From a virus: a stretch of 39,347 bases of DNA. Position 1 is the stretch's first letter. Every line of letters begins with the position of its first letter. The DNA lies in the IMG/VR virus record IMGVR_UViG_3300006097_000020, positions 1 through 39,347 of that record, one strand, 5' to 3'. A program made the position numbers and the translations under genes. Below the pieces are notes generated by a model. The model had not been told where the DNA came from. It saw nothing but the letters and a program-made list of their open reading frames with translations, and made no database searches. Shown here piece after piece: positions 7,999 to 16,159 of this stretch.

Positions 7999-9962
7999 CA
8001 GGTTATCCTGTTTTTATTTCTACCCCATTTTTGAAGTACAATTTCTATGTCCTGTCCTGAAATTCGTGTCTTCAATTCCTCTGAGCGTCCGCCGCCAGCT
8101 GCGATAGTCGGGAGTTTGTCCGGCGGTGTAACAATTTCACCAGACGTTAACATTGCCGGATAAGTATCATTAGGGTATCCGGCAGGGACAACACCACCAT
8201 TTGCCATGCCGGCCATGCCTTTTATGCCTGAAATTGCTCCAAATACGTCTTTAAATTTGCTTGCAGAGCTTAATCCGCCAACATTTATTCCTGTCAGTGA
8301 TAATAAGGCGAACAGAGCGGCTGCAGCCGTTGCTGCTGCAATTAATTTAATGATTAATCCTTTGATAAAATCTTTGAAAAATGTCCAAAATCCTTGTAAG
8401 ATATTCTTAGAGTTTGCAAGTGCATCAGAAATTGACGTTTGCATACCTTGAAAGGCATTGCCTATAATGCTTCCAACTATCTGTGAATTTGCCCCTGTAT
8501 TCTGTAATGCAGCAGCAATTTCATTATTCTTTTGAATGAAAGCGTCCATATTGGCAAGTTGCGGCTCTACTGTTTCAGTGTCAAAAGGAGTAATTCCAAG
8601 GCCTTGCATTTTTTCTCCGCCCTGCTCCCCGCCAATGCCACCTCCACCGGTCATTCCCATGGCCATTCCCTGCTGCATGCCTCTTGCAAAACCTGCTCCG
8701 GCGGCTTTACCACTTTCTTCACCGGCTTTTTCTGCCGTTTCTTTTGCAAGAATTTCCTGATAATTAGGTTTAGATATGCCCTCAAAGTTTTTTCTGAAAT
8801 TCTCTCCTGTCCTTTTTCCTAAGTCCTTAAAATCTCCGGCTATCTTCGCAAATCCTTCCTTCAAAACTTCTCCAGGACTTTTACCTTTTGTAAATATCGC
8901 TTTAATGGCATCCCAGAGAACCTTCGCGCTGTCGCCTATCGAAGAAAAATAAGTCTTAATTGTATCATATAGTGATTGAACGCCTGATTTTATCAGAGCA
9001 AAAGCTATTTGAAAGCGATATGCAACTGATTTTGCAACATAAATGACAATTGCTCTGAATTTGTCTGAAGTTTTATACGCTGTAATAAAAGCGGAGACAA
9101 GAATTCCTAATGCTGAAATTATCAAGCCGATCGGGTTTGCTTTCATTGCAATATTCAACGCTATCATTGCAATTCTTGCAGCGCCTAATCCTGATACGGC
9201 TATTCCGAGTGCAGTTGCCCACTTTTTTACTTTTTCCTCGTTATCCTGTATCCATATTGCCGCTTGTTTTATTTTGTCAGCCCATTTTGTAAGAATTGGT
9301 AAAAGAGCATTTCCAACCCTCTCCATTACATCGCCAAGGGCATTTTGCATTTGTTTTATCGCCCCAGTGCCAGTTTGAGCTTCAGCTTTTGCAATTTCAA
9401 ATCCATCTGCAAGAGCTTTTTGGAATACTGCATGTTTTTCAACTTCTGTTGAAGCTGTTTGAAGCGCCGGGATATATCGTTGTAGCATCTGATAATCACC
9501 AGCCTGAGCGCGAGCAACTCCTTTAAGAGCAGCCTGAAGATTCATTCCGTATGCCTTGCTCAAGGCAATTGCTCCCTGTGCTGCCTGTTGCGGGGCATCA
9601 GATTGCATGGCCTCGGCCATCTGGATGAGCTCGATTGTTGTCTCATCTCCAACAGTGGTTAACTTTTGAAGTTGAGAAGCAAATTCAACATGAGATTTGA
9701 ATGTTTCATCTACAGCTTTTCCATTTGCCTCAATTGCAGCTCTTAACTTTGCCTCTGCCTGTTCCTGAATACCGGCAGCCTCAACTGATTTTTTAGCAAA
9801 ATCAAAAACTTTCTTTACTGCAAAAGCACCTGCTATTGTAGCTCCCAATTTTTTTATCTGAGAACTAAACTTATTAGCACTTGCTTTCGATTTATCAAGT
9901 CCTTTCTGAAATTGCTTATCATCAAGGCCTAATATCGCTTTTAATTTACCTATTACTTTCAT
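7998..9962 (-). CDS. Tail tape measure protein
   Basis: 654 aa. Long Ala/Gln/Lys-rich helical N-terminal half, internal hydrophobic helices (IGLIISALGILVSAFITA, LIIKLIAAATAAAALFALL) and Gly-rich segments. Follows the frameshifted chaperone pair. Confidence 0.8.
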   Translation of the reverse strand: MKVIGKLKAILGLDDKQFQKGLDKSKASANKFSSQIKKLGATIAGAFAVKKVFDFAKKSVEAAGIQEQAEAKLRAAIEANGKAVDETFKSHVEFASQLQKLTTVGDETTIELIQMAEAMQSDAPQQAAQGAIALSKAYGMNLQAALKGVARAQAGDYQMLQRYIPALQTASTEVEKHAVFQKALADGFEIAKAEAQTGTGAIKQMQNALGDVMERVGNALLPILTKWADKIKQAAIWIQDNEEKVKKWATALGIAVSGLGAARIAMIALNIAMKANPIGLIISALGILVSAFITAYKTSDKFRAIVIYVAKSVAYRFQIAFALIKSGVQSLYDTIKTYFSSIGDSAKVLWDAIKAIFTKGKSPGEVLKEGFAKIAGDFKDLGKRTGENFRKNFEGISKPNYQEILAKETAEKAGEESGKAAGAGFARGMQQGMAMGMTGGGGIGGEQGGEKMQGLGITPFDTETVEPQLANMDAFIQKNNEIAAALQNTGANSQIVGSIIGNAFQGMQTSISDALANSKNILQGFWTFFKDFIKGLIIKLIAAATAAAALFALLSLTGINVGGLSSASKFKDVFGAISGIKGMAGMANGGVVPAGYPNDTYPAMLTSGEIVTPPDKLPTIAAGGGRSEELKTRISGQDIEIVLQKWGRNKNRIT

Positions 9963-10312
9963 CAGTTCCAGACTTTTAACATTCTACGAACCAGGTCGTC
10001 GTCCCACTCATATTCAGATTTTTTGTTGTCAAAGGATAATTCAATAATATCTCTTCCCTTGATTGCACGTCTCGCGTTCATCGAACCATTATGAATCATA
10101 GCAATTACTTCTCTCGCTATCTCCCATCTACGTTCCTGTTTCCTCAAATAGAAAAGTTGAAGTCGATATAACTCTGCCGGCGTTGTGTCGAGCAATTCTT
10201 CATAAGTAAGTCCTAAATCCTGAATAGCTACTTCAATTATATCTTCTTTTTTGATTTTTTTTTTGCTATTTCCTGTTCTCCTTCTTTCTCTTTTGATAGC
10301 ATAGTCATCCAT
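9962..10312 (-). CDS. Tail assembly chaperone, downstream (-1) frame (T-like part of a G/GT-type pair)
   Basis: This frame overlaps the 3' end of 10237..10638 and is in the -1 frame relative to it across an A-rich slippery run. It ends at the tape measure start. Confidence 0.65.
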   Translation of the reverse strand: MDDYAIKRERRRTGNSKKKIKKEDIIEVAIQDLGLTYEELLDTTPAELYRLQLFYLRKQERRWEIAREVIAMIHNGSMNARRAIKGRDIIELSFDNKKSEYEWDDDLVRRMLKVWN

Positions 10313-10638
10313 TCAGGCCATGAAGCATTTACCATTGCCATACCAATTTTTTTGTTCTGTTCCATAGTGGCTTTCATAAGAATATTCGTCATCTCCTTTG
10401 TCGTGTATCGCTTCTTTTTGCCCTGCTTCATGTTACAATAATTTGCCGCGCCGGCAGCTACTGATGCTAACTGTTCTCCCTGATCCAATTTATTGAAGTC
10501 ATCAGGAGATACATTCAATTCATCAAAGGCAAAGAACCACGCGTATTGTGTAAACAGAAAACCAATTTTCCGTTTAAAAAAAAGGCCGAAAGGCCATAAG
10601 CCCCCGGCCCTTGTTTTTAATTCAACAAAATTACTCAT
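10237..10638 (-). CDS. Tail assembly chaperone (G-like, frame 0)
   Basis: 133 aa, located between the major tail protein and the tape measure. Ends ...EQEIAKKKSKKKI* inside the slippery run. Confidence 0.65.
   Translation of the reverse strand: MSNFVELKTRAGGLWPFGLFFKRKIGFLFTQYAWFFAFDELNVSPDDFNKLDQGEQLASVAAGAANYCNMKQGKKKRYTTKEMTNILMKATMEQNKKIGMAMVNASWPEWMTMLSKEKEGEQEIAKKKSKKKI
10247..10264 (-). promoter_or_regulatory. Candidate -1 programmed ribosomal frameshift slippery run
   Basis: The minus strand reads GCA AAA AAA AAA TCA AAA AAG (plus strand T10 at 10255..10264 and T6 at 10247..10252). A_AAA_AAA heptamers sit in frame 0, and the -1 frame is open through to 9962. Confidence 0.6.
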
Positions 10639-11042
10639 TGTACTGTTTTTGTCTCAGGTTTCCCGGTTATAGTCATTTCTACTGAATAATTTTGAAGGTC
10701 GGTATATTCACCTGACCAGGTCACTGAATTAACAATCGCGGCCGCTTCTTCGTAAGAGTCGCCGACTTCAATTCCACCAAAGTAGACAGTTGCTTCAGCC
10801 CCTGTTTTCAAACTTGCTAAGAATTCTGCAAGGCCCGCGCCTGTCAAATCAGGATTGTGAAGTCCTTCAACAGAAATAGTACCACCCTTTTGAAGCGATA
10901 CATATTCTTTCCACATCTCGACGCTGTCGTCTGTCGTTGCCTCGGCAAGGTCGGCTTCATAGTTGAGTTCTTTTGATCTCATCCCAACTACCGCTTGAGC
11001 GCCGATTTTAACTTTTAATGCTAATCCTTTTTTGTATGCCAT
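10635..11042 (-). CDS. Major tail protein (TP901-1/phi13-like small MTP)
   Basis: 135 aa. Position is directly upstream of the chaperones. Pattern MAYKKG...VGMRSKELNYEADLAEATTDDS...SVEGLHNP...TITG is typical of the small siphovirus major tail family. Confidence 0.65.
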   Translation of the reverse strand: MAYKKGLALKVKIGAQAVVGMRSKELNYEADLAEATTDDSVEMWKEYVSLQKGGTISVEGLHNPDLTGAGLAEFLASLKTGAEATVYFGGIEVGDSYEEAAAIVNSVTWSGEYTDLQNYSVEMTITGKPETKTVQ

Positions 11043-11048
11043 GATATT

Positions 11049-11585
11049 TTAATTTACTCCGGTTAATAATAGCACCTCTAAGGTGTCAGAATTTAATGTA
11101 TAATCAATCGATAATGCTGAAGCACTCACAGCAGTGAGCGCCGTATCACAATTAAACAGAATGCTCTGCTTAGGTTTTAAAGTGATTGAATAAGTGCTTC
11201 CTAATAGTGGGTATGGATTTACCGATCCTTGGGTTATGTTGATAGCCCCGGTTCCGGTCTTTGATGAATTCTTAAATTTTATAGCTAAAATTCGCTCACC
11301 AGTGAGATCAAGCGCTTCACCCAACGTGTTTGTCAATGAAGTTAAATCAATTGATGTGCCGGAAGTGAGTTGCGCTGAATAAACGTGGCTCGGCTCATAG
11401 TCGGTACCGGCTCGATAATTAATAACTTCATTCAGGGCTGAGTGATTGACAGCCTGATTTATTTGTCCTGAAACGATTTGCTCATTAACCGTCAACTGAC
11501 TAACTAATCTTGAACTATTGATAGTCGTTGCAGCCGTCGCAATAATTGCTATCAGGATTAATATTGCATAAATGATTTTTTTCAT
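11049..11585 (-). CDS. Hypothetical protein with N-terminal signal/anchor, embedded in the tail module
   Basis: 178 aa. N-terminus MKKIIYAILILIAIIATAATTINS, followed by a Ser/Thr-rich beta-type sequence. Overlaps the upstream gene by 4 nt. Confidence 0.5.
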   Translation of the reverse strand: MKKIIYAILILIAIIATAATTINSSRLVSQLTVNEQIVSGQINQAVNHSALNEVINYRAGTDYEPSHVYSAQLTSGTSIDLTSLTNTLGEALDLTGERILAIKFKNSSKTGTGAINITQGSVNPYPLLGSTYSITLKPKQSILFNCDTALTAVSASALSIDYTLNSDTLEVLLLTGVN

Positions 11586-12010
11586 AGTTGCTCTGTTATT
11601 AGTGTGAAATCTTTCCTCTTAATAATTAAACTACTGATGTTATCTTGATCGACTTCTCTCGAAGCTGATTGAGGATAAACAAGTATCACATTGAAATTTG
11701 AAAGTAAGGCGTTAACTGCCGTTTCATCTGAAATTAACGGTGTTATCTGCTCCATTATCTTATTCGCTACCGTCTCGCGTTCTTCTTTCGCCAGATACTC
11801 AGTAACTACTTCAACACGTAAGGTCAACTCGTATATTACTGAATCGTCTGTGCCATTATTTTCGAAACTTGGAATTGACAACATTACATATACGGTATCA
11901 GAATGATTGAATGTAGCCGTGACAGGTACAGGGATATTATCGTATGAAATCCCGTTTAGGATTGTCATATATGCTTTTAATATTTCCTGAACCGGGTCTT
12001 TGGCTGTCAT
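11582..12010 (-). CDS. Tail terminator / tail completion protein (DUF3168-like)
   Basis: 142 aa. Assigned from its position after the HK97 gp10-like gene and a general resemblance to DUF3168. Confidence 0.45.
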   Translation of the reverse strand: MTAKDPVQEILKAYMTILNGISYDNIPVPVTATFNHSDTVYVMLSIPSFENNGTDDSVIYELTLRVEVVTEYLAKEERETVANKIMEQITPLISDETAVNALLSNFNVILVYPQSASREVDQDNISSLIIKRKDFTLITEQL

Positions 12011-12438
12011 CTGAATAGTTTTTTCATGTTATCAATTAGCTTCTTATATCCATATCGTACAGAAGGCTCTAAAAATGGTTGAGGCGACGTCCCTGGGTGA
12101 TTCACTTTCTTACCGAAAAATTGGCCTGTGTTTACATTCGCCAAGACCTTCTTATTTTTAACCCGGATAACATGAGGTTTACTGCCGAATTCTACCGGGG
12201 CTGAATGGTCAGCTCCTGAAATCACAGTGCCTGTTAACGTTCCTTTTTGAATTTCGCTTCTTATCTTTTGCCTCAAATCGCCTTCCTTTGCAGGCGCCTT
12301 TTTCTTTGCAAGTCGTTCAGCTGTCAATGTCGCATCTGCTATTTCAAGCCCTAATTTAGAATGATTCTGCTTTGCATACCTCTTAATTTCTCTTTCGAGT
12401 TTATTCAATTCCGATTTTGGTATGTTGAGACTAATCAT
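12007..12438 (-). CDS. HK97 gp10-family neck/tail-completion protein
   Basis: 143 aa. ...AKKKAPAKEGDLRQKIRSE...GADHSAPVEFGSKPH matches the gp10-family pattern (aP..tG.Lr.si ... a..vEfG). Confidence 0.65.
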   Translation of the reverse strand: MISLNIPKSELNKLEREIKRYAKQNHSKLGLEIADATLTAERLAKKKAPAKEGDLRQKIRSEIQKGTLTGTVISGADHSAPVEFGSKPHVIRVKNKKVLANVNTGQFFGKKVNHPGTSPQPFLEPSVRYGYKKLIDNMKKLFR

Positions 12439-12761
12439 TTCTCAATTTTTACGACTTCAAGAATGAGTTCAAATTCACGTTCATCAGTTAACCAACTTAA
12501 CACCTGATAATCGACGTTTCGATGTGTTATTATCTGATCTTTTGACGGTTCCCACGATTGTGGGTAATGCATTTTGATTTCAAAAATTGCTTCCCGTATA
12601 TTCTGATCATACTTAATTAGTCGATTCCCGGAAGCAGGCTTTATAGATGCATATTCAGTTGCTATTTCAGCAGGCGTTTTCTCATATCGATCACCGAGTT
12701 CATCTGTTGAATAAGTAGCTTCTTTGATTGTTACTATCTTATTGTAATTTTTATGTCTCAT
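12435..12761 (-). CDS. Head-tail adaptor / head closure protein (SPP1 gp16-like)
   Basis: 108 aa. ...YASIKPASGNRLIKYDQN...FEIKMHY fits the head-tail joining family pattern. Canonical position. Confidence 0.6.
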   Translation of the reverse strand: MRHKNYNKIVTIKEATYSTDELGDRYEKTPAEIATEYASIKPASGNRLIKYDQNIREAIFEIKMHYPQSWEPSKDQIITHRNVDYQVLSWLTDEREFELILEVVKIEK

Positions 12762-13282
12762 AAATTATTTGAGTAAACGCCTATTTTCGCCATAACTGAC
12801 TTCGATAATTCACCCATATCAGTAGTTCCTTCGTACCAATTCCCAACCTGCTCTGCCAATGCCATCTTCAAGCCGGAAGGGATGTTGTCGTATCCTGACT
12901 GAAATTCAACTTTGAAAAAACCAGATGTTCCATCTAAAATTGTAAGATTAAAGACACCGGACAAATCATCTATATAAAAATTAGTAATTGTCGATTCCTC
13001 GCCGAATTCAACTCTTTTAACAGACACAGAATTTGCTTTATGAGGCGGGCGTAAAAGCATTATCTCATTAACGCGCATCTCTTCTTTAGAGAAGGTCATT
13101 TCATAAGTTTTTTCAACGAGTGAACGATCAAGAACGCCTTCAAAAAGTTCCGTAGCCGCTAAAATGTATTCTTCGATAATGTCATTCGTCTCAGGTGATG
13201 TGTCTATCCATCTGAGATACTGTTTGACAAATTCAACTGAAACAGCGAGTTTCGTAGCCGGTGTCTTTACTCTTAAGATCAT
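12758..13282 (-). CDS. Head-tail connector (gp6-like / QLRG-type)
   Basis: 174 aa. The N-terminus VSVEFVKQYLRWIDTSPETNDIIEEYILAATELFEG is typical of gp6-like connectors. Confidence 0.6.
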   Translation of the reverse strand: MILRVKTPATKLAVSVEFVKQYLRWIDTSPETNDIIEEYILAATELFEGVLDRSLVEKTYEMTFSKEEMRVNEIMLLRPPHKANSVSVKRVEFGEESTITNFYIDDLSGVFNLTILDGTSGFFKVEFQSGYDNIPSGLKMALAEQVGNWYEGTTDMGELSKSVMAKIGVYSNNL

Positions 13283-13479
13283 TTAGTTGTTCTTTGAGTT
13301 TTTTCTTCCTTCGTCACGCGTTCTTCTTTATTCTCTTTCTTCTTCTTTTCTGTGACAAATCCTGACTTCTTAAGAATTTCAGCTTCATGGGGAAGCACGT
13401 TTCGCGCTTCCCCATTGCTGTCATATACTGTTATTCGCTTTGTTTTAATCATCGCTCGTAAAATTTCCAGTAAATCCAA
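13279..13479 (-). CDS. Small lysine/glutamate-rich hypothetical protein
   Basis: 66-aa ORF in operon register with neighbours, with 4-nt and 31-nt overlaps. Confidence 0.4.
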   Translation of the reverse strand: MDLLEILRAMIKTKRITVYDSNGEARNVLPHEAEILKKSGFVTEKKKKENKEERVTKEEKTQRTTK

Positions 13480-13964
13480 TCAAGTTTCACCTGCTCTCCG
13501 GCAGTTAACCCGGTAGTGTTATCGAATAATATAAGTACCCGGTACTGCCGATAAAATGGTGCTGTATTGGCCGCCGTAGTATCGAGCATCGCCGACAGGT
13601 CGCTATAAAAATTGACTGTTAACTCGGACGTTACATTCTGAGCCGTTTTGGTTACATCAATATTTGACCAACTATCAGTAGAGAAAACTCTTCCCTGGAG
13701 GAATACTGAGGCCGTGATAACTCCATCTATGGTTCCGACAGGCGAAGTCTTTACTTGAATATTATGTAAGACAGGCCGATTTTTATCAACCCTCAAAGTA
13801 TATTCAAGGGTATCGACAGATATTCCGAGTGCGTCGGCAGCAACACCCTGATATTCGAGCATTGTATAATTTGTTCCGAGCACTCGTGAAACAGTTCTGT
13901 CTTGAGCTGTGAGGGCTGCTACGCTAAGTAGCAGCACACTCATTATTACTAACAATTTCTTCAT
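13449..13964 (-). CDS. Hypothetical protein with signal peptide, directly after the major capsid gene (decoration-protein position)
   Basis: 171 aa. N-terminus MKKLLVIMSVLLLSVAALTAQD, then beta-rich sequence. Its start abuts the MCP stop. Confidence 0.5.
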   Translation of the reverse strand: MKKLLVIMSVLLLSVAALTAQDRTVSRVLGTNYTMLEYQGVAADALGISVDTLEYTLRVDKNRPVLHNIQVKTSPVGTIDGVITASVFLQGRVFSTDSWSNIDVTKTAQNVTSELTVNFYSDLSAMLDTTAANTAPFYRQYRVLILFDNTTGLTAGEQVKLDWIYWKFYER

Positions 13965-15274
13965 TATCCTACTGTTTTGGTAATTTGACTTAAAGCACTA
14001 TCAAAAGTGCCGAACGTGAATGCGTAGTCGTGAGGTGTTGGCACAAAGAAAGCAATTCGGTAAGTAAGAACGAATGTCAATACATCTTCTTCTCCCAACG
14101 AAGCGTTCTGATCCAGAATCTTCAAAGAAATATTCCGGCGAACAAAAGGCCTTGCTTGACGGAAATCTCCAATCAAGAATGAATCATGGTCAATGAATTT
14201 GCTTTGAACAATAGGAACACCAGCAAAAGAACGACCATCCATCGAAAGAAGTGGGTGTTTTCTAAAGTGTCCATCACTTGCCCGGTCGCCCATCATATTC
14301 ACAACCTGAGTAGGATGAAGCACGATACCATTAGCCATGTAGCCGGTTTCAAAATCATTATCCTTACCAAGACTGATTTGTGCAAGAGCAACATTCAACA
14401 CATCACTGATAGAAGGCTCAACAACTGCTTTAATACCAGCAGGTTTGGCAAATGGTTTCGCGATTGGATTTGCTGAATAAATCAACCCGTGCAGATCGTT
14501 GCCGGTTCCGGTACCTGTCAAAAGCTGGTTTTCACGCTTCTGGACAATGTCATGATTCAACAGGCGCTGAATTTCACTTTGCAGATAATCAACATCATCG
14601 ATTGAATCACGCGAAGCATAGAGCTTAACAGAGATTTTCTTAACGATTGCCTGCTTATCTGTGAAGCTAATATCAGCCTGTCCGCCTGCTGTGGTGTCGT
14701 CAACCATTGAAGCCCCTGAAGTGTATCCAGTTCGTTCAACATAAGGGACATAACGCTTCGATGTGACGCCGGGATTCATAAGGTTGAAAACGGTTGGTTG
14801 AGGCATTGGGGCCTGCTGGATTCCGGGAAGACGCGTGTCTTGAGGAATTGCCTGGTAATAGTTTTCGGTAAAGCTGTTAGAGAAATTCACCTCGTTGGCC
14901 TTAATTTCAATGCCTTCGTCAGTTTTTGCTTTCGCGATAAAGTTATTACGCCCCTCCTTCAAAGCTGATTTCAGTCCTTCATAAATCAACTGAGCTTGTG
15001 ATTTGTATGAAGCACTTTTGTTCTCCTCGAGTTCTTTAATACGAGTCTCAAGGTTGTTGTTGTGTTCCTGAAGAGTTTTAGCATATTCTCCAAGGTCCTT
15101 ACCTTCGATTTGAAGCTTATCCTGCACTCCTTTCAGGTTTTCTGACAATTCAGAAAGCTGTTTCGTGTCAACTTTCCCCTGAAGAGCATCTCCGATTTCT
15201 TTCTGCCTCTTCAGAATGTCGTTAATACTCTGATTTACCTTATCGGTAAACTCTTTGATTTTTGTATCTTCCAT
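13964..15274 (-). CDS. Major capsid protein, HK97 fold, with N-terminal coiled-coil (delta/scaffold-like) domain
   Basis: 436 aa. The first ~110 aa are a charged coiled coil. The remainder resembles the HK97-family capsid, and the gene follows the prohead protease. Confidence 0.8.
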   Translation of the reverse strand: MEDTKIKEFTDKVNQSINDILKRQKEIGDALQGKVDTKQLSELSENLKGVQDKLQIEGKDLGEYAKTLQEHNNNLETRIKELEENKSASYKSQAQLIYEGLKSALKEGRNNFIAKAKTDEGIEIKANEVNFSNSFTENYYQAIPQDTRLPGIQQAPMPQPTVFNLMNPGVTSKRYVPYVERTGYTSGASMVDDTTAGGQADISFTDKQAIVKKISVKLYASRDSIDDVDYLQSEIQRLLNHDIVQKRENQLLTGTGTGNDLHGLIYSANPIAKPFAKPAGIKAVVEPSISDVLNVALAQISLGKDNDFETGYMANGIVLHPTQVVNMMGDRASDGHFRKHPLLSMDGRSFAGVPIVQSKFIDHDSFLIGDFRQARPFVRRNISLKILDQNASLGEEDVLTFVLTYRIAFFVPTPHDYAFTFGTFDSALSQITKTVG

Positions 15275-15278
15275 TTCT

Positions 15279-15974
15279 TTAGATTTTCAAGTTATTAATT
15301 AAATACTCCCATCCTTTAGTGCCATCAAGCGGCCGGGCACCGGTGCCATCAAGCGACTTTAGTTGGTTATACAGTATTTGCATTTGTTTATATTTTACTT
15401 CAAATTCCTTTAACAGTTCGTCGGAAAATTCACCGACTGTCAGATACTTATTAATCACATCGAGTGTGTTGATTAACTGTTGTTCTGACTTAATGTCCTT
15501 AATGTCAAGTGTCGGAGTATCCGATTGAGCGCCCCAACCTGTAAGGCTTGATACTTCCCATAAAAACCCCTCAGTGATATGGTTTAACCCTTTATCATCC
15601 TGATTTTTAGCGTTAAGTTGATTAAAGCCGTGACTATGTTCCGTGATTAATCCTTCCTGATATTCAATTAAGGTATCTTTGCCCAAGGTTGTACTGGCAA
15701 TTTTTGAAACGGCAATTCCGTATCCGCCTTCATCGTAAATCTCTAAGAGTTTGCCGGGAACATATCTGTTATCGTGCCATTTGAAGTGCTTAATTTGCCC
15801 GGTACCTTTCGGCCCTCTTTCTTTATATGATTTTTTATACGCACCAGCGTGAATAATATCTCCATCACTGTCTGCTTTGTCATAAGCTGCAAAAGCGAAC
15901 TTCACAATACCCTGTTTAGAATCAACATCCTTGACAGAGTTTTTTGTTATCGATTTAATTACTTTTTGTTCCAT
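15279..15974 (-). CDS. Prohead serine protease (HK97 / S78 family)
   Basis: 231 aa. GIVKFAFAAYDKADSDGDIIHAGAYKKS matches the S78 N-terminal signature (D..gD.i..GAf). Sits upstream of the MCP. Confidence 0.75.
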   Translation of the reverse strand: MEQKVIKSITKNSVKDVDSKQGIVKFAFAAYDKADSDGDIIHAGAYKKSYKERGPKGTGQIKHFKWHDNRYVPGKLLEIYDEGGYGIAVSKIASTTLGKDTLIEYQEGLITEHSHGFNQLNAKNQDDKGLNHITEGFLWEVSSLTGWGAQSDTPTLDIKDIKSEQQLINTLDVINKYLTVGEFSDELLKEFEVKYKQMQILYNQLKSLDGTGARPLDGTKGWEYLINNLKI

Positions 15975-15984
15975 ATTCTTATAT

Positions 15985-16018
15985 TAAAAAAGCCGAAACC
16001 AACTTAATGATTTCGGCT
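15985..16018 (-). terminator. Rho-independent terminator-like hairpin
   Basis: The minus strand reads AGCCGAAA-tcattaagttgg-TTTCGGCT followed by TTTTTT (plus strand agccgaaa 15991..15998, tttcggct 16011..16018, A-run 15986..15990). It overlaps the stop codon of the Com-like ORF. Confidence 0.6.
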
Positions 16019-16150
16019 TTCTTGAAGCTCATTTACAAACCCGCAGCGGGGGCATTTTATCTCAATTTCAGGATGTCGCTCTTTTGATTTCCCGAGCAAT
16101 TTTCGACACTTTTTACATCTTATTTCGTAAATGTATATATTTTTTTTCAT
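16004..16150 (-). CDS. Com-like zinc-ribbon protein (48 aa, not in the supplied ORF track)
   Basis: Hand translation gives MKKNIYIYEIRCKKCRKLLGKSKERHPEIEIKCPRCGFVNELQESRNH. CxxC-x17-CxxC, with IRCxxCxKLL...IEIxCPRC closely recalling phage Mu Com. Confidence 0.6.
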   Translation of the reverse strand: MKKNIYIYEIRCKKCRKLLGKSKERHPEIEIKCPRCGFVNELQESRNH

Positions 16151-16159
16151 TCTGTCAAA

